Assembly (NCBI RefSeq): GCF_006345805.1
Contig: NW_021827910.1
Coordinates: forward strand, 1-9,569
Origin: Octopus sinensis
Taxonomy: Eukaryota
Direction of reading: 5' to 3'
Length of the DNA: 9,569 bases
Part shown: piece after piece, positions 1-8,276 of the stretch
How positions within the stretch are numbered: the stretch's first letter is position 1
How the letters are laid out: the number at the start of each line of letters is the position of its first letter
Notes under the pieces: model-generated
Seen by the model: the letters and a program-made list of their open reading frames with translations, nothing else
Told to the model about the DNA's origin: nothing
The model's database searches: none
Position numbers and translations under genes: made by a program

Positions 1-32
1 TAACCGAATTGACAGTTTCAGTTAAATACCTG

Positions 33-92
<60 letters not shown>

Positions 93-94
93 TG
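33..94. repeat. (AT)n(GT)n compound microsatellite
   Basis: Directly visible dinucleotide runs. Confidence 0.95.
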
Positions 95-940
95 ATCTGA
101 AGAAATTATGCAAATCATTTTTTTTTTGGGTGGGGGTTAATAAATTAAATGTACATGTACATAGGAAGCTGAAATTTTAGAATGTTGGTACAAATGCTCT
201 TTCTTAATTCTGGATAAAATTTGACATACATCTGATCCGTTTTTCGTGAGTAATTGAGAATTTACTGAAATTAGCTGTCTGAACCTATTAGGCAAATGTT
301 GGAATTTATATTTTTACAGTGTTAATGATACGTTTTTATTATTTTGCAGGTCATAATATAATCATGGTTAAAAAGAAAGATATGACGGCGTCTGAAAAGC
401 AGAAAATAACTAAGCTTTTTAAGTGATGGCACGACCTCTTTGAAAATTTCGAAGCAGCCTGGCTGAGCTCATCGAACAATCAAGAAAATAATTGAAGATA
501 TAACAACGAACAGGCAACCAAGAGATAAACGTGAGCTGAAACGCATTGTCGCTAAATACCCTCTGCTCAGTGTGTGATAAGGTATTTATAATGGCTGGGA
601 TTGTTGGAGTAAAGAGAGACAAAAGGGGTAGAGTCCTTCGCGACACTGGTTCTGTAAAAACATCTCCTCGCCAGCCTCCTATATCTCCAACTAATATTGA
701 TAAACGTCTAAAGTGGGCAAGAAAGAACTTAAAAACAGTTTTCAGAAGCGTCATATTCACTGACGAATCGCGCGTCACATTAGATGGTCCAGATGGATGG
801 GTTAAAAGATGGGTTCCGTGAGGTCAAGATGCTCCTATGATGAGAAGATGGCAACAGGGAGGTGGTGGTGTAATGATATGGGCTGGTATTGTTAATAGAA
901 CCACCATTGGATCATTTAAAGTTGACGAAGATGTAAAAGT
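91..940 (+). mobile_element. Left part of a Tc1-like DNA transposon, 3'-truncated
   Basis: Transposase remnant at 364-940. Upstream are two related motifs, gaaattatgcaaat (102-115) and gaacctattaggcaaat (281-297), resembling repeats in Tc1-type ends. Left boundary is approximate; no right TIR seen. Confidence 0.7.
364..940 (+). pseudogene. Tc1/mariner-superfamily (Tc1-type) transposase pseudogene fragment
   Basis: Manual translation across frameshifts: MVKKKDMTASEKQKITKL/LSDGTTSLKISKQPG*AHRTIKKII...RELKRIVAKYPLLS/DKVF...RLKWARKNLKTVFRSVIFTDESRVTLDGPDGWVKRWVP*GQDAPMMRRWQQGGGGVMIWAGIVNRTTIGSFKVDEDVK. Shows the N-terminal HTH region, FTDE (first catalytic D) and GGGGVMIWAGI motifs. Two frameshifts, in-frame stops, second D and E missing. 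Confidence 0.93.
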
Positions 941-974
941 CTTTCATTCATTGGGGTTGATAAAATAATTTATC
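939..974 (+). mobile_element. Short degenerate SINE central-domain fragment
   Basis: ctttcattcattggggttgataaaataatttatc resembles ctttcatccttccggtgtcgataaattaatacc in the SINE at 3628-3859. Confidence 0.45.
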
Positions 975-1150
975 AATACCCACAGTAGTGGATTTATAGA
1001 AGTGGAGAGCGGTAGTTTATGATAGTAAAACTGTGAAAGTTAATTGTCCTAAAAACAATGAGAGTAAATTACAATAGAAATTGCTACATTGGTAACCTGT
1101 GATGTCATGTAAACAAAGTATGTGATAGAACCGATGTATACAAACCTACA

Positions 1151-2029
1151 TCTATATTAATAAAGGCGAAATTCTGTCTGTCTGGCTGTCTGGGACCCCT
1201 GTATCTCAGTCAATATTTGCTCTTCATAGACATATAATTTTTTTGGATCAGGATGATCGTGGAATTGAAAATCTGCCCTCCGTTGGTTCTTGAACATCTG
1301 GCATTGAGATCTGATTTGAAAGCACTTGGGTTGATATTTCTAGCAGCCTATGCTACACTGATTCACGCCATCTTCGTCAGGGATTAACTGGGGAGATAAA
1401 TGACATTCACTTCATTAATTCTATGCCGAGATAAGAACTTTGGGATAAATTAGCCAACAGTTGGAATTCAACTTGGGACTGGAGTAATAGAACAATTGCA
1501 TTACATAATTTATTCTCACCCGTCGTTAACCTCTGATGAAATGCAACCGGTGCATATTGTCATTATAGACGTATGATAATCATGTTATTTAACTTTTCTT
1601 ATTTTGGGGCCGCGGACCCAATTAGCTCTCTGCAGGAGCTAGCTCAAATTTCTGGACGGAACTGTGTATTTCAGCGGGTATTTGTGAAATGCTTAACATT
1701 CTACTTATGGTTAGTACACGTGTATGTCTTGGGACGTGGTTCATAATGTGGGTGATCTCGATGTTATTTTTATGAAATTCTATGGTTTGACTGTTGTCCA
1801 TTTGTCTTTCTATCGCAAATTCACTCACACGTTTTAATCATTTCAAACTACATGGAAACCAAGAAACAGATGCGTTGCTGTCCATCTGTGCCATAGCATT
1901 GTGAACGAAATATGTGCAACCGAACGAGTGACTTGCTATGTCGACCCTAGAAGCGACTGCCTTTATTTCGATTACTATATCAGTAGCATGCCGAAGGAGA
2001 AAGACTTCGTCAACTCGGGTCACTGCTAG
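1151..2029 (+). mobile_element. Putative non-autonomous Helitron-like element (older)
   Basis: 5' end A|TCTATATTAATAAAGGCGAAATTCTGTCTGTCTG parallels the 5' end at 7885. 3' end caactcgggtcactgCTAG (CTAG 2026-2029) parallels caacgccgggcgatactgCTAG at 8276. The terminal hairpin is degraded and the next base is A rather than T, so pairing of the two ends is inferred. Confidence 0.55.
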
Positions 2030-2254
2030 ACTTGGACAAAAGCAAAAGTGTTATTTTGTGGGGTTTGGGTTCTGGTGGGGGACGGGGCGGCATTCAAGTA
2101 GATAATCATGTCTGGCCGATGGAGGCTGTGATGTTGCGAAAACGTTCCCCTCGTTAGTGGCAGAGAAAGCTACAGGGTAACACACCAAAAGATCGTTTGA
2201 AAGAAAATACTGCGCACTATTTTGGTAACGAGTTCTTTTCTTCCCAGTTGTTAG

Positions 2255-2446
2255 ACACACATATATACGTATGTACACACACACACACATACACACACAC
2301 AAACACACACACACATACCACACACAAACACACGTAAACAAACATATGTAAACAAACATGTACTTGAATACATTTTTAACTACTATGTATATATGTTTAT
2401 ATATATGTGTGTATAAGTATATATATATATATATAGATATATATAT

Positions 2447-2496
<50 letters not shown>

Positions 2497-2670
2497 ATAT
2501 ATTATATATGTACATATATGAATATATAAATTTGTATGTGTGTATGCATATATGCATGTACGTATGTATACATTTTAGACACATTTATATGCATATATAC
2601 ATATTTATATATATATACATTAGTATGCATATATATATATCCATACATACATACACACATACATACATAT
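2255..2670. repeat. Compound (CA)n/(TA)n microsatellite field
   Basis: Directly visible; source of the IY/CV-repeat ORFs. Confidence 0.95.
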
Positions 2671-3196
2671 GTCTTTTGTTTCTCATATTATTACACCTCA
2701 TTATGTTTATAGTGTTTACGATGTCTCAATGTACAACCGATTAGAAACACGGAACTGGCAAATATCCACCATTTTATGGATTAGATCCATAACAATGTTT
2801 GGCTAGGATCCATCCCAAATCATAATTCTTCCAGACAATCTTTTTTATTTATTTATTTTTTATTTTTATTTCTTATCATTTATTGCGATTGTGCTTAGGT
2901 TTTCTTTTAAATATGTTTTGTTATTTTTTTTTGTTATTTTTGTTCACAATATTTCTTTAGGAAGCATTTGCGTAATTATTTCCGTTTCCAATACTTATTT
3001 TGCGCATGCTGTGCGTATATGTGTGTGTACGTGTGTGTGTATGAACAATATATACTTATCTATGTATGAGTGTATATATGTATGTATATGCATAAATATA
3101 CATATAATTAGACAGTGCTGCTGTTGTTTCTGCTAATTTCATTCGTGTTGTTACAATTATTTTCGTGTTGTAGGTTGTATGGTATTGATGCCGTTC

Positions 3197-3262
3197 ATGT
3201 TGTTGGTGTTGTTGTTGTTGCTGCTGCTGATGCTGATGCTGCTACTGCTATTGCTGTTGTTG
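3197..3262. repeat. (GTT)n/(GCT)n imperfect trinucleotide repeat
   Basis: Directly visible. Confidence 0.9.
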
Positions 3263-3524
3263 TCCTTTTTGCTGCGCCTGTCATGGACGTTGTTACTGTT
3301 ACCAATATTTACGATTACCGAACAATATTGGCATCATTATTGTCTCTGTTTTTGTTTACACTCACATCAACAGCGACTAAAGAAAACTGTTATCAAAGTC
3401 GTTCCAACCGTGACTTTCTCGTCTTCTATTATGTCAACATGGTATGATGAGATCCGTCATGCGCAATCAGTGTCTTTCTCAATGGCGCGACAGCAATGAA
3501 TTTACCTCGAATATTTTAAATACT

Positions 3525-3590
3525 GGGGCCGTCTTCAGAATGAGCTTTTTATCATGCGGCCCCTTTCTCGAAAAAGGTTCAGAATGCCTA
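3525..3590. mobile_element. Possible terminus of an hAT-type DNA transposon or MITE
   Basis: 3571-3590 aaaaaggttcagaatgccta (reverse complement taggcattctgaaccttttt) resembles CAGGGGTTCTCAACCTTTTT-type hAT TIRs, with GGCCCC-type subterminal motifs. Partner end not found. Confidence 0.3.
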
Positions 3591-3627
3591 ATTTAACTGG
3601 AAATTTCACCTATATTAAAAAATCATA

Positions 3628-3859
3628 AGGCGGCGAGCTGGCAGAAACGTTAGCACGCCGGGCGAAATTCGTTGCCGTATTTCGTCTACCGTTACGTTCC
3701 GAGTTCAAATTCCGCCGAGGTCGACTTTGCCTTTCATCCTTCCGGTGTCGATAAATTAATTACCAGTTACGCACTGGGGTCGATGTAATCGACTTAATCC
3801 GTTTGTCTGTCCTTGTTTGTCTCCTCTGTGTTTAGCCCCTTTTGGATAGTAAAGAAATA
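3628..3859 (+). mobile_element. Full-length tRNA-derived SINE (octopus-type) with perfect 17-bp TSD
   Basis: Head ggcggcgagctggcagaaacgttagc (box A-like), box B-like gagttcaaattcc at 3701-3713, central gactttgcctttcatcc...gtcgataaa...ctggggtcgat. TSD tatattaaaaaatcata at 3611-3627 and 3860-3876. Confidence 0.95.
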
Positions 3860-4094
3860 TATATTAAAAAATCATATTTGACTATTGAAAAGGTTGCAAG
3901 ACGCAACGAAAATTTTAGGAAAATAAAAATAAGAATTAAGTGGAAATTTTACCGGTGTTTGTGTTACATTATAAGGCACAAAAAGAAAATGACTCTTCCG
4001 TGACACAACTGAATATTCTTCAACACACGAACTCACATAAAGAATCTTGCAAACCAAATCCAAAAACGAAATACAATTTTTGTTGTATTATCTT

Positions 4095-4210
4095 TGTTGT
4101 TGCAGTTGTAGTTGCTGTTGTTGACGATGTTGATGATGATGATGATGATGACGATGATGATGATGATGATGATTGCAATGATGATGGTGATGATGACGAT
4201 GACGATGATA
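4095..4210. repeat. (GTT)n/(GAT)n microsatellite
   Basis: Directly visible. Confidence 0.95.
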
Positions 4211-4402
4211 TTTATGGCAGCAGAGGTAGTCACGGTAGTTATAATATCGGTTCGTAGGGGCGATGGTATTTTTACGGTATTTTTCAATTTATTGTGATGT
4301 TCTATGATTACAAAGTTATTGTTAAACCATTTGTATTCTTTAAGAATGTTTGTTAGAGTTCTGCATTCACAGTTTCTAACTACTTTATCATATCTTTGTC
4401 GT

Positions 4403-4403
4403 T

Positions 4404-4449
<46 letters not shown>

Positions 4450-4859
4450 ACAGAATCAGCCTCAGCATCATCAACAATGTCGTTCCCATCATCATCATCA
4501 GCATCAGCATTATCCTCCTCATCTTCATCATCCCCATCATTATCATCATAATCATCATCATCCTCATCAACTTCATCAGCATCAGCATCAGCATCATTAA
4601 CAACGTCATCCCCATCATCAGCACCTTCCTCCCCCTCCTCCTCCTCCTCCTCATCATCATCATCAGTATCAGCATCAGCATCATCCCCATCATCATCATC
4701 AGCATCAGCATCATCCCCATCAACATCATCCCCATCATCATCATCATCAGCAGCAGCAGCAGCATTAGCATCAGCACCATCAACAACGTCATCCCCATCA
4801 TCATCATCATCACATCATCATCATCATCATCATCATCAACATATCATCATCATCATCAC
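4403..4859. repeat. Long imperfect (CAT)n/(CAG)n/(CCT)n repeat with higher-order units
   Basis: Directly visible; source of the poly-His and poly-Met ORFs. Confidence 0.95.
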
Positions 4860-4864
4860 AATAT

Positions 4865-5031
4865 CTAGCGGGATTTTGTCCTTCTTAACGACTTTACCTT
4901 TTATCACGGTAAAGGTCGACTTTACCTTTTATCACGTCTGGGTCCTTAAAATAAGTAGCAGTTAAGCACTGGGGAGGTCGATCTCAACTTATCCCCGTCT
5001 CCAAAAATTGCTGTCCTTGTGCCTAAATTTG
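4865..5031 (+). mobile_element. Degenerate, 5'-truncated SINE copy (same superfamily as 3628-3859)
   Basis: aggtcgactttaccttttatc...aaaataagtagcagttaagcactggggaggtcgat...ccttgtgcctaaatttg. Internal 20-bp duplication cgactttaccttttatcacg at 4889-4908 and 4917-4936. Confidence 0.8.
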
Positions 5032-5211
5032 CGTTAATTTGCCGGAGAAATGTCCGTTGGCATTTCTTCCGTCTTTATATTCTGAGGTAAATTTCTGCCG
5101 CCAAATCTTTCGGGCTGATAAAATAAGTACCTGTTGAATACTGAAGTCGATATAATCGCTAACCTCACCCTAAAGTTCTGCCTATAGTACAAAGGGATTA
5201 TTATTATTATT
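5032..5211 (+). mobile_element. Degenerate SINE copy ending in an (ATT)n tail
   Basis: ttctgaggtaaatttctgccg (box B remnant), ctttcgggctgataaaataagtacc, gtcgatataatcg, and tail tagtacaaagggattattatt matching the tail of the copy at 5675-5898. Confidence 0.8.
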
Positions 5212-5419
5212 CTATGTTTGGCTTTTGCTTTATATTTATACAAGTTGGCTCCAAGTCTCACCCAGAGACCTCAAGAGACAACAGGTTGGAAGTTCGTGAT
5301 GTTGTTATGCCTAGTGTGCCATATATTTGGCTTTGTATATGTCTAAAAAACAAAAGCGAAAATCATGTTTGTTTTAAAACTTGAGATTACATAGAAAGTA
5401 TTTTGCGCAGGCTATGAGC
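5198..5419 (-). mobile_element. 3' end of an R4/Dong-like non-LTR retrotransposon, heavily 5'-truncated
   Basis: Minus strand 5419-5387 reads AHSLRKILSM*, resembling the recalled ...GTAHILRKxL C-terminus of R4/Dong-type ORFs. It is followed by about 175 nt of 3' UTR and a (TAA)n tail, with (TAA)n on both flanks, the known Dong-type target. Confidence 0.7.
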
Positions 5420-5447
5420 TATTATTATTATATATATTATTATTATA

Positions 5448-5491
<44 letters not shown>

Positions 5492-5556
5492 GTATATTAT
5501 TATTATATATTATTATTATATATATTATTATTATATATATTATTATTATTATTATT

Positions 5557-5612
<56 letters not shown>

Positions 5613-5660
5613 ATCATCATCATCATCAATCATCATTATTATTATTATTATTATTATTAT
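5420..5660. repeat. (TAT)n-(CAT)n-(TAT)n compound microsatellite
   Basis: Directly visible. Confidence 0.95.
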
Positions 5661-5674
5661 TAACATTACTATTA

Positions 5675-5898
5675 AGTCGGTTGAGCTGGCAGAATCATTA
5701 GCACGCCGGGCCAAGTGCTTAGCAGTGTTTCGTCTGCCGCTACGTTCTGAGTTCAAATTCCGTCGAGGTCGACTTTGCCAGTCATCCTTTCGGGCTCGAT
5801 TAAATAAGGGCCAGCTACGCACTGGGGTCGATGTAATCGACTTAGACCCTTTACCCAAAATTTGAGGCCTTGTGCTTCCAGTAGAAAGGATTATTTTC
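5675..5898 (+). mobile_element. Full-length tRNA-derived SINE, alternative-tail variant
   Basis: Head and centre align with 3628-3859 up to gtcgatgtaatcgactta, then a different tail ending agtagaaaggattatt. Degenerate 16-bp TSD attaacattactatta (5659-5674) / attaacattatcagta (5899-5914). Confidence 0.92.
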
Positions 5899-5994
5899 AT
5901 TAACATTATCAGTAGTAGTAGTAGCAGCAGCAGCATATCCATTTGCTTAATCTGCTTTATGCTTTATCGTTTTTGTTGTTTTGCCTGTTGCACC

Positions 5995-6025
5995 TATTAC
6001 TACTACTACTGCTACTGCTGTTACA

Positions 6026-6057
<32 letters not shown>

Positions 6058-6064
6058 ATACTAT

Positions 6065-6157
<93 letters not shown>

Positions 6158-6305
6158 AACTACTACTGTTGCTGCCGCTATTGCTACTGCTACTACTACA
6201 ACTACAATTACTACCACTATTACTACTACTACTATCACCACCATCACTACTGCAACCATCACCGCCACCGCTACGGCTACTACAGCTACTACCATTGTTG
6301 TTATT
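5995..6305. repeat. (TAC)n/(CAC)n microsatellite
   Basis: Directly visible; source of the poly-T/L/V/S ORFs. Confidence 0.95.
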
Positions 6306-6524
6306 GGTGTTACTGGTCTTCATCGGCGTCACTTTCTTTTTTTCTTCTTTCATTTTTTTCTTTATTCTTTGTTTTTTTTGTTCTTTTTGTTACTGTTGTT
6401 TGTCCAGTATTTTTATTTGCTCTCTTATGAATTTATGTATGATCATCTCTTTCGTTCGAATCAATCATCTGGTGGTTTGCGAAGGAGACGTCCACTCAAT
6501 TACTTGCTAGCTGACCTCAACAGG

Positions 6525-6536
6525 TCATACATATAT
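6525..6536 (-). CDS. Candidate terminal coding exon (IYV*) of an unidentified gene, followed by putative 3' UTR
   Basis: Minus strand: branch-like CTTAAC (6575-6570), AG-free stretch, acatttttatgCAG| then ATA TAT GTA TGA. A-rich sequence follows with AATAAA at 6417-6412 and 6366-6361. Phase matches the donor at 7661. Confidence 0.4.
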   Translation of the reverse strand: MYV

Positions 6537-6889
6537 CTGCATAAAAATGTCGACAGAAGTTTCAAGAATGTTAAGTTCAACCAATTACCATTCCTCAGAT
6601 CGAAGAACTAAGAATAATTACGTTGGAATAAAAGTTGGTTCTTTGTTGGTGGGTTGGTGGGTGGATGGGTGAGCGGGTAGGTGGGCGGGGTTCTTGGTTG
6701 TTTGGTTGTGGATGGTGTTTTGGTGTTTTGGTGTTTTGGTGTTTGGGGGATTGGCAGGCAAAGGTTTGGGGGTGGGGTGGGGTGGGATGTTGAACTTAAC
6801 TGCCATATTTACGCAGATGAGGATGATGTAAGTGAAAGAAACAAATAAAAAATAATTTTAAAATGAGGAAATATTATGCTGCAATTAAT

Positions 6890-7229
6890 TATGATGATGA
6901 TGGTGGTGATGGTGATGATGATGAGAATGATGATGATGGTGGTGGTACTGGTGATGAGGATGATGATGATGATGATGACGAGGATGATGATGATGATGGT
7001 GATGATGATGATGATGATGGTGATGATGATAATGATAGTGGTGATGATAATGATAGTGGTGATGATAGGGAAAAAAGAGGGGATGAAGAGGAGGCTTATA
7101 CTGATGAAAGGATTCGATATAAACGACGCTGCTGCTGATGAAAAATAATAACCGCGAAGTTGATTAGCATGATGATGATGGTGATGGGGCTGGTACTGGT
7201 GGTAGTGGTGCTGTTATTGGTGATAATAC

Positions 7230-7266
<37 letters not shown>

Positions 7267-7645
7267 GATGATGATGTTGATGATGGTGATGATGATGATG
7301 ATGATGATGACGATGACGATGATGACAGTGACTGTGATGGTGGTTTTCTTTTATTCTGGCGATGATGGTAATGATGGTGACGGGGATAGAGGTGGTGGCA
7401 ATAGTGATGGGGTGGAGGTAGTGATGGTGGCGATGCTAGTGGTATTAATAATGAGGATGGTTGGGACGAAGATGACGGCGACGTCTTTGATGAATACGAT
7501 GATTGTTATCGATGATTCGTATATATTACACGAGTATCTTACTAATTTGTACTGAAGTCGGCTCCTTTCAACGGGATGGTGATGACGGTGGTTGTGATGA
7601 TGGTGACGACGACGATGATGATGTTGCTTATGATGATGATGATGA
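6890..7645. repeat. Extended imperfect (GAT)n/(GGT)n microsatellite field
   Basis: Directly visible with short interruptions; source of the poly-D/poly-M ORFs; lies in the proposed intron 6537-7661. Confidence 0.93.
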
Positions 7646-7661
7646 GCAGCCGAGTACTAAC

Positions 7662-7707
7662 TGGTTCACCACCGTCTACCGGATCGTGGCCGAGTATCTG
7701 GGTCCCC
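7662..7707 (-). CDS. Candidate 46-nt coding exon (x-GTQILGHDPVDGGEP) of an unidentified gene
   Basis: Minus strand: tcctttcgatTAG|G GGG ACC CAG ATA CTC GGC CAC GAT CCG GTA GAC GGT GGT GAA CCA|GTTAGT. GC-richer, high-complexity island; the other two frames contain stops; microsatellite begins shortly after the donor. Confidence 0.42.
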
Positions 7708-7884
7708 CTAATCGAAAGGACTTGAGGGTTCAAGATTTGTATTATTTATATTCGACGGATCCGGTACGATATTGTCTTCTTCCTTTTCAGTGAGATTTTA
7801 AATTACTGTCATAGAAGGATATATCATTGGTACGATCACATGATATAATATTCCAGTTGAGCATATACACAGGAGCAGGGCATA

Positions 7885-8276
7885 TCTTTATATATAAAAG
7901 TGAAGTTGTGTGTCTGTCTCCTACGATTTAGATTCCTAACTACTCCCACATTTTGCGGTGCAGTTTAACCAAAACCGGGTATCATATAGTCGTGATTCAT
8001 ATCGAGCCCTTCTGGGTATTAGCGCGCGTCTACGATGAGTCTACGATTAAAAAAAAAATTACCATCATTTATTTCCATTTTAATGCATTTTTTCGCTATT
8101 ATATAAGGGAAGTAACTCTCTAAAAATGTCTACGATGAGTCAACGATTTAAAAAAAATTACCATCATTTTTTTCCATTTTAATGCATTTTTTGCTATTTT
8201 TTGGCTATAACTCTCTAAAAATGCTTATATAGTTATTTCCCTTACAAACCCGAGCAACGCCGGGCGATACTGCTAG
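7885..8276 (+). mobile_element. Non-autonomous Helitron (392 bp) with intact termini
   Basis: Inserted between A(7884) and T(8277) without TSD. 5' TCTTTATATATAAAAG...tgtgtgtctgtct; subterminal hairpin cccgagcaacgccggg (8249-8264); 3' CTAG (8273-8276). Confidence 0.9.
8028..8222 (+). repeat. Two-copy ~100-bp tandem repeat inside the Helitron
   Basis: Units 8028-8127 and 8128-8222 both run gtctacgatgagtc...ttaccatcatttt...taactctctaaaaat. Confidence 0.93.

Noticed and set aside
419-778. 119-aa minus-strand ORF
   Set aside because: Antisense shadow of the Tc1 transposase remnant.
1533-1560. CTGATGA followed by hairpin atgca-accgg-tgcat (hammerhead-like start)
   Set aside because: No GAAA after stem II and no stems I/III.
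1622-2023. Two short minus-strand ORFs (68 and 61 aa)
   Set aside because: No recognisable motifs, non-ATG starts, lengths expected by chance.
2770-2797. Small hairpin ttatggat-tag-atccataa
   Set aside because: Short, AT-rich stem with no supporting context.
2051-7555. Numerous ORFs with poly-M/D/H/L/T/V/S or IY repeats
   Set aside because: They are translations of microsatellites that happen to lack stops; no domain signal.
7697-7720. Resemblance of tgggtcccc to miR-133
   Set aside because: Only a short partial match; the rest of the mature sequence and the precursor geometry do not fit.
7503-7793. Plus-strand ORF ending WFTTVYRIVAEYLGPP...
   Set aside because: The first half is (GAT)n, there is no credible start or acceptor, and no family was recognised.
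7655-7829. Plus-strand alternative: TACTAAC branch point, hairpin, strong acceptor at 7790 and a 39-nt exon EILNYCHRRIYH
   Set aside because: TACTAAC is also the reverse complement of the minus-strand donor, and no partner plus-strand exons were found. Disfavoured but not excluded; stranded RNA-seq would decide.
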